A DNA stretch of 64,000 bases, from IMG/VR virus record IMGVR_UViG_3300008255_000007, positions 20,153 to 84,152 of that record. One strand, given 5' to 3'. Below are positions 8,849 through 17,692 of this stretch, in pieces. Position 1 is the stretch's first letter; the number at the start of each line of letters is the position of its first letter. The translations under genes and the position numbers were made by a program. Below the pieces are notes generated by a model. The model searched no databases. It was not told the DNA's origin and worked only from the letters and a program-made list of their open reading frames with translations. This DNA comes from a virus (taxonomy: Duplodnaviria > Caudoviricetes).

Positions 8849-9017
8849 ATGATGCGTGACGGCGTATCTCACTTGGTCCAGTGTTTAGGCTCATCGGTTA
8901 GTCGGATACAGACTAAGGCTTTACATAGATTGAGCCAGATCAATCTGTAGTTTGTAGATCTAAAATGCTACATGGCGCAGCTAGAGTCATCAACTCTTGA
9001 CGAAGAGTCTGCTTTTT
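8849..9017 (+). ncRNA. candidate structured RNA or leader upstream of the thioredoxin gene (contains a 33-codon ORF)
   Basis: GC-richer than the flanks, several hairpins, terminal ACTCTT-GACG-AAGAGT hairpin followed by CTGCTTTTT. Confidence 0.45.
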
Positions 9018-9021
9018 AATT

Positions 9022-9387
9022 ATGAAAAAGATAGCAGTAACAGCCATTAAAACCGTAGTAAAGCAGAATGAATTCGTGATTATATATTGCTACTCTAAAC
9101 AATGTCAGGTATGTAAAACTTTTACTCCTCTTTTAGAAGAAACTCTTCTTCCTAAATCAGACATTCCAGCAGTATTCTATAAATTAAATCTACAAGATAA
9201 GAGACAGAACCAGGAGCAGTTAAAAGCCTTTGCAGATAATGTCCATCTAGATTCTATTCCGTTCATGGCTGTGTTTAATCAAGGGAAGTTCATTGGTGCT
9301 GATAATTTCAGCAGTGAAGAAGGCTTTCGTAAACTAGAATCAATGATTAAAATGTTTAAAGAGCGTCAGAATGTCAAGCTTACTTAA
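9022..9387 (+). CDS. thioredoxin-fold protein
   Basis: YSKQCQVC CxxC motif, FYKLN, SIPFMAVFNQGK cis-Pro region. Confidence 0.8.
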   Translation: MKKIAVTAIKTVVKQNEFVIIYCYSKQCQVCKTFTPLLEETLLPKSDIPAVFYKLNLQDKRQNQEQLKAFADNVHLDSIPFMAVFNQGKFIGADNFSSEEGFRKLESMIKMFKERQNVKLT

Positions 9388-9613
9388 AAAAGTACAATAC
9401 GCTGCTAAAACAGCTAAAGATGTAACTAGTGGTATACTCGATGGAGAAGAAGTTAAGTGCTCTCCTGAAAAAACTAAAGAACGTAATGAGATTTGTGCAA
9501 AGTGCCCTAAGTTGCAGGAATTATTAGGTAGAAGGCAATGTGGAGAGTGCGGATGCTTTCTAGATTTAAAAGTAACTCTTGAAAAAGCGAAATGTCCGAT
9601 TTCTAAGTGGTAA
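9371..9613 (+). CDS. small Cys-rich (metal-binding) phage protein
   Basis: R..IC..C...QCGECGCFL..K.....KCPISKW. Confidence 0.6.
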   Translation: MSSLLKKVQYAAKTAKDVTSGILDGEEVKCSPEKTKERNEICAKCPKLQELLGRRQCGECGCFLDLKVTLEKAKCPISKW

Positions 9614-9629
9614 CAGAACAAATATAATC

Positions 9630-10739
9630 ATGAATAGGAATCAGTTTATAAGGCTGGTATTTCAACCTATAGGTTTACTTATACAGCAATTAGTATGGTT
9701 TTTATACCCTATCCTAGTGATATTATTTAAATTATTCATAAAAGACAAGACAGCTATTGCAGTGATGGGAGAACTAGAAGTACAGCAGTATCCTGTAGTA
9801 TGGGATCTAGATAAGCTCTCAGAGGCCTCAGATGACCTCAGAGACGATCTTTATTTAAATGATGATGACAATCATACAGCTATAGTACATGCTCACATGT
9901 GGCAATCTGAAGCGTTTAGGGACCGCGGTAGAAGAGCATTAAGTCAACTAGTTACTTCTAAAGGGTCTATAGTTCGTAGATATCCAGACGAGACAGCCTG
10001 GTATCCAGTTTCTGGAGATTGCTTATCCTCTTGGGTATTTGCTGCAGTCTTAACTCAGTTTAAAGATCCAAAGGTCATACATAAGGTAGCAGATCATTAT
10101 ATTAAGTCTTCCTTCGGTCTTCAGCACTATAATGCTAAAGTATCAGCTAGGTGCTCTAATGGAGGTTTAAATCTATGTTTTGATGCCTGGCCTGTAAAAG
10201 CCAAGTGGTGGCCTTTTAAATATGGATTTATACAACCAGCGCTAGGACCTCAACTCCTAACTACTTTGAGTATATTAGCTCTAGCTGCTAAATCAGGTAA
10301 TCTTTTAAAGAGGACTTACTATGAGACTATGTATTATAGTACTTTTATGCTTTTCCAAGGTCCTTTATTTTTAAAGTGGCCTATAGTTCATACTAAAAAG
10401 GATCTATTTTACTATACTCAGCATGTAAGTATGATGAATCTTTATAGTTTATACAAAATTACAGGAAGTAAAATGTATTTAAAAACTATGAAGACTATAT
10501 CTGAAGATTTAAGTCCTCATGGAAATATTAATCCATTCTTTTATGCACTTAGGTATGATTGTGGAGACTTATCTGAAACTAAAAAACATAAAGCTGAAGA
10601 GATTCTAAAACGTATGCCTAGCTGGAACGGTTTCATGTGGCAAGAGATTCCAGACGAGTATAACTACTTTCAGAAAGAAAGACCTAGTAAACATCATAAC
10701 AATGTAGGTGGATTCGTAGCTAGGTTATTCAGAAGGTAA
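9630..10739 (+). CDS. hypothetical protein with an N-terminal hydrophobic segment
   Basis: Long ORF with phage-typical codons. Start moved to ATG 9630, after the previous stop and an AACAAAT motif. Confidence 0.6.
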   Translation: MNRNQFIRLVFQPIGLLIQQLVWFLYPILVILFKLFIKDKTAIAVMGELEVQQYPVVWDLDKLSEASDDLRDDLYLNDDDNHTAIVHAHMWQSEAFRDRGRRALSQLVTSKGSIVRRYPDETAWYPVSGDCLSSWVFAAVLTQFKDPKVIHKVADHYIKSSFGLQHYNAKVSARCSNGGLNLCFDAWPVKAKWWPFKYGFIQPALGPQLLTTLSILALAAKSGNLLKRTYYETMYYSTFMLFQGPLFLKWPIVHTKKDLFYYTQHVSMMNLYSLYKITGSKMYLKTMKTISEDLSPHGNINPFFYALRYDCGDLSETKKHKAEEILKRMPSWNGFMWQEIPDEYNYFQKERPSKHHNNVGGFVARLFRR

Positions 10740-10910
10740 ATCTTCATCTGGTACAATGCGTAAATGACCGTCGAAGTCATAACCACAGCCCTTTAGAAAG
10801 TCTTCAAAGTAATCTATTAAATCTGCTAAATGCATGCTGTCTATTTCCATCTCATAATCTGCTTTATCATAAACATTAGCAGAGTCTTTTAATTTGGTAA
10901 ACTTATACAT
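10725..10910 (-). CDS. hypothetical protein
   Basis: Coupled to the dNMP kinase gene; FEDFLKGCGY motif. Confidence 0.6.
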   Translation of the reverse strand: MYKFTKLKDSANVYDKADYEMEIDSMHLADLIDYFEDFLKGCGYDFDGHLRIVPDEDLPSE

Positions 10911-11541
10911 CGAGTTTTAAGTACTTAGCTAAGTTATCAATCTTAGTGTATAACTCTTCTAAGGTTCCTTTATTGTCTATAGCATAATCGAAATTAAAAT
11001 TATCTAAATCTCTTTCAGAAGGATCAGTAGTGTCTACGGTAGTGAACCTATTAATTCTTAGAGTATGTATTGGTTTATTAGCTAGTCTACTAAGACTAGA
11101 GTATTCAGATTTATATCTAAAATCACTAATTACCACTTTATCTAGTTTATTACATTGAGAGCTTACTCTGTTAACCCAGTAATTAGTATCAACTGCTCTA
11201 TTAACGCTACCTTTTAAGATGCATAAGGCTCTAGGAGTGAAGTAGAAATCAGAGTTTCCTGTAGAGGCTATAGTAGAACCATCTAGACGTTTAACCTCAT
11301 GCTTTAGTAAGTCATGTATCTTTTTTGAAAATGAGTCAAAAGCTTTAACAGGATATTGAAGAAGAGGAGCCTCTTTTAAGTCTCTATCATCTAGCCATTC
11401 TCTAGGAATATTATACTCATCAGCTACCATGTCTTTTAGGACGCCAGCAAAGGATAGTTGATTAAAACCATAGACTTCTTTTAGATGAGCAGCCACAGTA
11501 TCTTTTCCTGAATTCTTCCAAGCGCTAATTAGTAAAATCAT
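10903..11541 (-). CDS. deoxynucleoside monophosphate kinase
   Basis: P-loop variant SAWKNSGKDT, SFAGVLK, VVISDFRY..E, DHxSE-like DPSERDLD. Confidence 0.85.
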   Translation of the reverse strand: MILLISAWKNSGKDTVAAHLKEVYGFNQLSFAGVLKDMVADEYNIPREWLDDRDLKEAPLLQYPVKAFDSFSKKIHDLLKHEVKRLDGSTIASTGNSDFYFTPRALCILKGSVNRAVDTNYWVNRVSSQCNKLDKVVISDFRYKSEYSSLSRLANKPIHTLRINRFTTVDTTDPSERDLDNFNFDYAIDNKGTLEELYTKIDNLAKYLKLDV

Positions 11542-11548
11542 AGAATTT

Positions 11549-11577
11549 ATTATAACAAATAAAATTGAAAGTGTAAA
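11549..11577 (-). promoter_or_regulatory. sigma70-type promoter, leaderless dNMP kinase mRNA
   Basis: TTTACA-17-TATAAT, then 7 nt, then ATG at 11541. Confidence 0.75.
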
Positions 11578-11631
11578 TGAATAATTAAAAAAGAAAAACT
11601 ATTAAAATTAATAGTTTATCGGAGTTTGAAG

Positions 11632-11844
11632 ATGCCAGGGTTCATAAAAGATAAAAAAGATGAAGAAAAGTGGCAAAAAGCTAAGAGAGTCGTAGAGGAT
11701 CAGTATAGTAAAGCCGGAGGTAAGTCTGAACCTAGTTTTAACGATAGCGATTGGGCATTAGCTAATCATATCTATCAAAATATGAAAACAAAAGACTCTA
11801 CTAGATTTAAGAGAGTCAAAGATAAGATAAGAGGGAGGGGTTAA
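11632..11844 (+). CDS. ChaB-like small basic protein
   Basis: DEEKWQKAK...WALANHIYQNMK; SD ggag upstream of ATG 11632. Confidence 0.5.
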   Translation: MPGFIKDKKDEEKWQKAKRVVEDQYSKAGGKSEPSFNDSDWALANHIYQNMKTKDSTRFKRVKDKIRGRG

Positions 11845-12308
11845 TGCCATCTAAGTTAGACTTTCAACAGATCATAAAAAAGGTATATGACGCCAACGAA
11901 GAAGCTTTAACAGTTACAGGTATTAGTGGAGGTGGAGCAGCCAGTGATGTAACCATTACTGATGTTACTGCATCTAATCCATTACCAGTAATCGAAGAGT
12001 TTACAGTAATAACAAGCATTGATACTGATAGTGGAAGCATAAATGGATCAGCAGGGGCCTTTACTGAAGTAGTAGCTTCTCTAGCCGCAGACTGCGTAAT
12101 TATAACTCCATATGAAACTACTGGTAAAAAAATAGGAGTCTATACAGGAGCTGCTGCATCAGAAGTATTGCTTTTTATACTAGGCCCAGGACAGGATACT
12201 CCAATGAGGGTAGACTTAGCTGCTGGTACTAGAATAAGTATAAGATCTACAGAAGTTACAGGACCTAGTTCAGGTAGTTTAATACTTACTTTTAGTGGGA
12301 GATCTTAA
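11844..12308 (+). CDS. virion decoration-type protein with SKLDFQQIIK N-terminal motif
   Basis: The N-terminal motif is shared with 29407..29937; beta-rich C-terminal domain. Confidence 0.55.
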   Translation: MPSKLDFQQIIKKVYDANEEALTVTGISGGGAASDVTITDVTASNPLPVIEEFTVITSIDTDSGSINGSAGAFTEVVASLAADCVIITPYETTGKKIGVYTGAAASEVLLFILGPGQDTPMRVDLAAGTRISIRSTEVTGPSSGSLILTFSGRS

Positions 12309-12312
12309 ATAA

Positions 12313-12786
12313 ATGGCTGCTGTAATATACCAAGGCGATATTGTAAAAGCCTTAAAAGATGGTATTAAATTAGGAGACGGAGCTACCATTCTATCTGGAA
12401 GCTTAGACCCTAGTAGTACTCCAGTATCTGCAGCCGTAGGTGATGTTTATATATCTACAAGTACTGGAAAGATATATGTAAAATCAGATTCAGGATTATC
12501 TACTAGCTGGGATCAAACTACTACAGTAGCTGACTTGGCATTTGTAGATATTTTTGATAATACTGCTGATTGGGGCACTGCAGCAGGAGGTTATTACACC
12601 ATTACAATAACCCAAGCGACGCACCAAAAAGGAACTAATCCAATAGTACAGGTATTTGAAACAAATGGTAGTAGTGACGAATTAATAAATACAGATCTTA
12701 TCAGCGTAAATACTGATGGAGATGTAAGTTTTAGAGTTAACGAAACACCAAACTTGAGATTCTCAGGTAAGGTAGTTATAAAATAA
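12313..12786 (+). CDS. virion/fibre-associated protein
   Basis: AVGDVYI.T..G.IYVK and THQKGTNPIVQV fibre modules. Confidence 0.55.
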   Translation: MAAVIYQGDIVKALKDGIKLGDGATILSGSLDPSSTPVSAAVGDVYISTSTGKIYVKSDSGLSTSWDQTTTVADLAFVDIFDNTADWGTAAGGYYTITITQATHQKGTNPIVQVFETNGSSDELINTDLISVNTDGDVSFRVNETPNLRFSGKVVIK

Positions 12787-12803
12787 AGGGAGATATAAAA
12801 TAA

Positions 12804-14945
12804 ATGGCACATAAGTTTAAAGGTGGAGTCCGAGTAGAAGGCTCAGTAGAGTTACCAAATATAGACTCATCAAGGGCGTTAGAGATTAATGGATCTGGAG
12901 AAATTCAATCCAGTACTGTAACCTCAACAGAACTAGGACATTTATCTGGAGTAACTAGTGCAGTTCAAACTCAATTAGATGGTAAATCAGCAACAGGCCA
13001 TACTCATGTGGCTGCTGATATTACAGATTTTGATACAGAAGTATCAAATAATACAGATGTAGCCGCTAATACAGCAGCTCGTCATGATGCGGTAACTGTC
13101 GTAGATAGCTCTGAAATCGACTTTACATTAGTAGGTCAGCAAATTACAGCCTCTATTGTAGCTTCTTCTATTGATGAGTCTAAGTTAGACGCTTCTGTTA
13201 ATGCTTCTTTAGATTTAGCAGATTCTGCAAGCCAGCCTGGCCATACACATACAGCTTCTGAAATCACTGACTTTGACGCTGCAGTTACTGGAAACTCTGA
13301 AGTTCTAGCTAATAGCGCTGCTAGACATGATGCTGTTACTCTAAATGCAGATGATGCTACTCAACAAACTTTAAACCTCTTTGGACAAGAAATTCAAGTT
13401 AATTTAGCTACTTCTTCTACTGATGGTGCCATGAGTGCTGAAGATAAGACTAAATTAGATGGCATTGAAGCCAATGCTACAGCCGATCAATCCGCAGCAG
13501 AAGTACCCTTTGCTGCTACTGGAGACTTAGAAGCCACTAACGTACAAGACGCTTTAGCTGAATTAGACTCTGAAAAACTAGCACTAGCAGGCGGGACTAT
13601 GAGTGGCGCTATTGCCATGGCTACTAACAAGATCACAGGTCTTGGAGATCCTACAGCAGCTCAAGATGCTGCTACTAAAGCATATGTAGACGCCGTAGCT
13701 GAAGGTCTTAAGCCTAAAGAAGCTGTAAGAGTAGCTACTACTGCTGCAGGAACTCTTGCTTCTAGCTTTGAAGATGGAGATACTGTAGACGGAGTAGTAC
13801 TTGCTACTGGAGATAGGATCTTAATTAAAGATCAAGTAGACGCTAGTGAGAACGGTATCTACGTAGTAGCAGCTTCAGGAGCCCCTACTAGAGCCACTGA
13901 CTTTGACTCGCTAACCCCAATTGATGAGGTTAACGGAGCTTATACAGCAGTTCAAGAAGGTACTGAAAACGCAGGAAAACTATATGTACAGACCGGAACA
14001 GTTTCTACTATAGATACTGACGATATTGATTTCGTATTTTTTAACTCTACTACAGGATTAGTAGGTGGAGATGGTATTGACATCTCTGGAAACACTGTTT
14101 CTGTAGACCATGATGGCGAAGGTTTAACTTTTGTTTCTAATCAACTAGCTCTTGAGTTAGATGGATCTACTCTATCTAAGAGTGCCAGTGGCATAAAAGT
14201 AGCGGATGCTAGTTTAACAGACGCACAAATTAATGCCTCTGCGGATATAGTTTTCTCTAAGATGGAAGCTCTTACTGGAGATAGAGCTGTTATTACTGAC
14301 GGTTCTGGAGTAGTAACTCAATCTACTGTTACTGCTACTGAGCTTGGATATGTATCAGGAGTAACTTCCTCTATTCAAACTCAATTAGACGCTAAAGCTG
14401 ACGAGAGTATTGAAATTCAAACGGCTGCAGACTCGGGACTTGCTGGAGGCGGAGACCTTACAGCTAATAGAAGTCTTTCTGTAGATATTACTAATACTAC
14501 TGAATTAGCTCAAGCTGCCGATGACGCCGATGAGATTTTAATTTGGGACGATTCAGCAGGAGCCCTTAGAAAAATTACTAAAGCTAACTTAGTAGGTTCT
14601 GTAGATGCTTCCGCTGGTGATATTGAAGAAACTAGCTTCAGTATTGCTAACAACCAATCAAGTGCTGCAAACGTAACTGGTTTTGCTTTTGCTAACGCAG
14701 AAGTACGATCCTTTAAAGCGCATGTTAGTATTGAAGTAGACGCTACTGCAGATCTATATGAAGTATATGAAATAATGGGAATTCAAAAAGGAGCTTCTTG
14801 GGAAATGTCTCAGGTGTCAACTGGAGATGATTCTTTAGTTCTATTTACCATTACTTCTGCAGGTCAAGTACAATATACTTCTGCTGATTATGCTGGGTTC
14901 TCTAGTGGAGCCATTAAGTTCAGAGCGATTACTACTAGCGTTTAA
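12804..14945 (+). CDS. long tail fibre protein
   Basis: HTH..DITDF repeats, TELG.LSGVTS.IQTQLD repeats, ATNVQDAL, VRVATT..GDRILIKDQ..ENGIYVV module. Confidence 0.75.
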   Translation: MAHKFKGGVRVEGSVELPNIDSSRALEINGSGEIQSSTVTSTELGHLSGVTSAVQTQLDGKSATGHTHVAADITDFDTEVSNNTDVAANTAARHDAVTVVDSSEIDFTLVGQQITASIVASSIDESKLDASVNASLDLADSASQPGHTHTASEITDFDAAVTGNSEVLANSAARHDAVTLNADDATQQTLNLFGQEIQVNLATSSTDGAMSAEDKTKLDGIEANATADQSAAEVPFAATGDLEATNVQDALAELDSEKLALAGGTMSGAIAMATNKITGLGDPTAAQDAATKAYVDAVAEGLKPKEAVRVATTAAGTLASSFEDGDTVDGVVLATGDRILIKDQVDASENGIYVVAASGAPTRATDFDSLTPIDEVNGAYTAVQEGTENAGKLYVQTGTVSTIDTDDIDFVFFNSTTGLVGGDGIDISGNTVSVDHDGEGLTFVSNQLALELDGSTLSKSASGIKVADASLTDAQINASADIVFSKMEALTGDRAVITDGSGVVTQSTVTATELGYVSGVTSSIQTQLDAKADESIEIQTAADSGLAGGGDLTANRSLSVDITNTTELAQAADDADEILIWDDSAGALRKITKANLVGSVDASAGDIEETSFSIANNQSSAANVTGFAFANAEVRSFKAHVSIEVDATADLYEVYEIMGIQKGASWEMSQVSTGDDSLVLFTITSAGQVQYTSADYAGFSSGAIKFRAITTSV

Positions 14946-14955
14946 AGGATTATAG

Positions 14956-15603
14956 ATGAAAAAAGAAGACATTCAGCTTGCGGCTCTTAAAAACATAAAA
15001 GATAAGAACGGTCCTGATTTAGGAGACTATACCAGGACTTTATCTGCTGATATGCTCCCTTTCGGAGATCAAATAGGCGGTGTTTTAGGCGGAGCTGGAG
15101 CCTCTTTAGGTAGATTCGTAGGAGGTCTTCAAGAAGGTGAAGATCTCTCTACAGCCTTGTCTGAAGGCGCAGGAGCCTTCTCAGAAGGTCGTAGGGACTC
15201 AATAGATAGTATAGAGCAGTCTAGAGAAAAGTTACCAGAGAGTGTTCAAGGAGCTAGTTTAGCTGCTGGCATGCTCATGCCTGGAGGTTTTTCTAAAGCA
15301 GGAAAAGCTATGAAGGTTTTAGACGGAGCTAGCGATGCAGGTAAAGCGGCATTAGCCGCTCAAAAAGCTAAAAGAATGGGCAAGTTTGATAAAGTATCTG
15401 ATATGATAAGCACAGGGAAAAAAGCAAAAGCAGACGAGCTTTTAGAAAGAGGTCCTACTAACCTTGGAAAGACACTAAGGAGTAGATCTCCAAGAGACGA
15501 ATCTTTTATAGAAAGAGTAGCAGGGAGCAAGTACGAAGGACTAGACGATGCTTCGAAAGACCTAATAATAGAAAGTGCTATACAAAGAGGAATACTTAAG
15601 TAA
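14956..15603 (+). CDS. hypothetical Gly/Ala-rich protein (possibly internal virion)
   Basis: ORF in the late operon, composition like ejection proteins. Confidence 0.5.
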   Translation: MKKEDIQLAALKNIKDKNGPDLGDYTRTLSADMLPFGDQIGGVLGGAGASLGRFVGGLQEGEDLSTALSEGAGAFSEGRRDSIDSIEQSREKLPESVQGASLAAGMLMPGGFSKAGKAMKVLDGASDAGKAALAAQKAKRMGKFDKVSDMISTGKKAKADELLERGPTNLGKTLRSRSPRDESFIERVAGSKYEGLDDASKDLIIESAIQRGILK

Positions 15604-15821
15604 TGTGGATTATAGATCCTAAAAATGATAAGCCTTCTGTAACGCTTACCATGTTTGTATTAGGTTTTATAATAGGTACGCTTAAGTTACTATTCTCTGG
15701 AATTAATGTTTCAGGATTTGAAATAGAATCTTTTAGTGGAACAGACTATGCTGCTGTAATAGGAGCTTTAGGAGGCATCTACACTCTTAGGCGCATGAAA
15801 AAGGATGAACCCAATGAATGA
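15603..15821 (+). CDS. small two-TM membrane protein (holin candidate)
   Basis: Two hydrophobic segments and a charged C-terminus. Confidence 0.45.
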   Translation: MWIIDPKNDKPSVTLTMFVLGFIIGTLKLLFSGINVSGFEIESFSGTDYAAVIGALGGIYTLRRMKKDEPNE

Positions 15822-16317
15822 TACTAAAAACCCTAATATAAGTAAATTAGATCAAAGAGACGCACTTAAGAGGTGTATTGATTCAGAAACGGATGCATTG
15901 AGAGTTCAGCTTTTATCAGGAGCTATTACAGCCACAGTAGAGCTATCTAAAGAGTCTATGGAAATGACTGCTCAGGATGAGTCTGGTAATAAAAAGCCTT
16001 TATTATTAAATAGTAAAGGTGAATTAAAAGTAGAACAGTCTACCGAGTTGATGGAGTTAGTAAAAGAATTACTTAAAAAAGAAGATAAAGAAGTTCAAGT
16101 AAAACATGAAGTTATACAACAGCCAATACCTAAAGAGTATTTAGATAGTCTGGATAAAGCTATTAAAGCATTAGAAGAGTTAGCTGGAAGAGAAGTGATT
16201 AAAGAGATTCCAGTAGAAAAAGTAGTTGAAAAGCAAATAGTTATAGAGAAAATGCCAGTGTGGGCCTGGGTACTCATAGGCGCTCAAGCAGCAGCTCTAG
16301 TAATTAATCTGTTATAA
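15814..16317 (+). CDS. hypothetical protein with SKLD-type N-terminal motif and C-terminal TM
   Basis: NISKLDQRDALKRCIDSETDALRV; ends WAWVLIGAQAAALVINLL. Confidence 0.55.
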   Translation: MNDTKNPNISKLDQRDALKRCIDSETDALRVQLLSGAITATVELSKESMEMTAQDESGNKKPLLLNSKGELKVEQSTELMELVKELLKKEDKEVQVKHEVIQQPIPKEYLDSLDKAIKALEELAGREVIKEIPVEKVVEKQIVIEKMPVWAWVLIGAQAAALVINLL

Positions 16318-16349
16318 CAAATATTTAAGTAAAGAGGTACTATTAAAAA

Positions 16350-16724
16350 ATGAAATATCTAAAAGAGATGATGAAATCTAAAGAAGATAAAACAGAAAAA
16401 AAAGAAGAACGATCTTCTCCAGCAGACAAAGCTCGTATGGATTCTTTAAAGGCTCTTAGAAAAATGGCAATGGAAATGCTAGCTGATGATGCTATGGCAG
16501 GTCTTGGAGATGAAAAAACTCCTGATATGTCTGTTATGGTAGTCAAAAAGAAAAAAGGAATGCTACGTCCTGATATGAGTGATGAAGAAGATGAAGAGAT
16601 GATGGGTCCTGAAAGTCTTGAAGACTACGCCGATGATATGACTACTGATTCAGAATATGATAACGGTATGAATGACGGCGATGAAGAAGACGAAGATAAA
16701 CTAAAAAAGATGCTTAAGGTTTAA
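16350..16724 (+). CDS. hypothetical acidic, Met-rich protein
   Basis: SD gaggt, low-complexity charged ORF. Confidence 0.55.
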   Translation: MKYLKEMMKSKEDKTEKKEERSSPADKARMDSLKALRKMAMEMLADDAMAGLGDEKTPDMSVMVVKKKKGMLRPDMSDEEDEEMMGPESLEDYADDMTTDSEYDNGMNDGDEEDEDKLKKMLKV

Positions 16725-16759
16725 TAAGTCTTCTTAAATTATTAATTTAAGGAGTTTAA

Positions 16760-17689
16760 ATGAGCGGCTATTTGCGCGTAGATAAATTTATAGATAGTGT
16801 TAAGAAGCGTGCTGCTGTTCCTACTTCACAAGTAACTTTTACAGACGAAGACATTATCAGATTTGCAAACGAAGACTTAGAAGAAAACATGATTCCTCTT
16901 ATCATGGCAGTAAGAGAAGAATTCTTTGTAGAGAGTGAAACCTATACCCCAACCGTAGTAAATAATAATAAAAGATTAGAAGTTCCAGAAAGAGCTATTG
17001 GCACGAAAGTACGATTAATAAATCCTATATCTAATGGAGTAGTGCAACCCCCTCTTTCACTAATACCACTAGAGCACGTCGAGTATTCTTCAGGCGGAGG
17101 AAGCGACAGAGGGTATTACATGAAAGGTAATTTTATATATCTTCTAATATCCTCAGAACAGGTAGTAGTATCTTACTATCAAAGACCTAATGAGGTAGTT
17201 CTATTAGAAAGAGCTGCTCAAATAGAAGCTATAGACAGAGATACTGGAATTATAGAAGTAGATGACGTTCCCTCTATCATAGAGGCTGGATCTATTATAG
17301 ATTTTAATCAAACAAAACCAGGACATCGAGTATATGCAAAAGATGTTACTGTAGCTACAGTTAATCAACTAACCAATCAAATTTCATTTAGTTTAGCAGA
17401 TATTCCAGATGACTTAATAGTAGGTGATTATATATGCTTAGCTGGAGAAACAGTGATACCTCAAATACCTAGTGATTTGCATAATATGCTAGCTCAAGCA
17501 ACGGCTTGTAAGATACTAGAATCTATTAATGATGAAAAAGGTTTAAAGAATGCAACACGCCGCTTAGAGAAAATGGAAACTAAGCTTTTAAATTTAATTG
17601 AGAGTAGAGCTGAATCTAAAGGTAAGAAAATCGCTAATATAGAAAGTCTTCTATATAGGAATAGATTAAGTTTCGGAAAAAGGATCTAA
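16760..17689 (+). CDS. head-tail adaptor protein
   Basis: DEDIIRFANEDL N-terminal helix, IPQIPSDLH..L..ATA; precedes the nozzle gene. Confidence 0.65.
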   Translation: MSGYLRVDKFIDSVKKRAAVPTSQVTFTDEDIIRFANEDLEENMIPLIMAVREEFFVESETYTPTVVNNNKRLEVPERAIGTKVRLINPISNGVVQPPLSLIPLEHVEYSSGGGSDRGYYMKGNFIYLLISSEQVVVSYYQRPNEVVLLERAAQIEAIDRDTGIIEVDDVPSIIEAGSIIDFNQTKPGHRVYAKDVTVATVNQLTNQISFSLADIPDDLIVGDYICLAGETVIPQIPSDLHNMLAQATACKILESINDEKGLKNATRRLEKMETKLLNLIESRAESKGKKIANIESLLYRNRLSFGKRI

Positions 17690-17692
17690 ACT

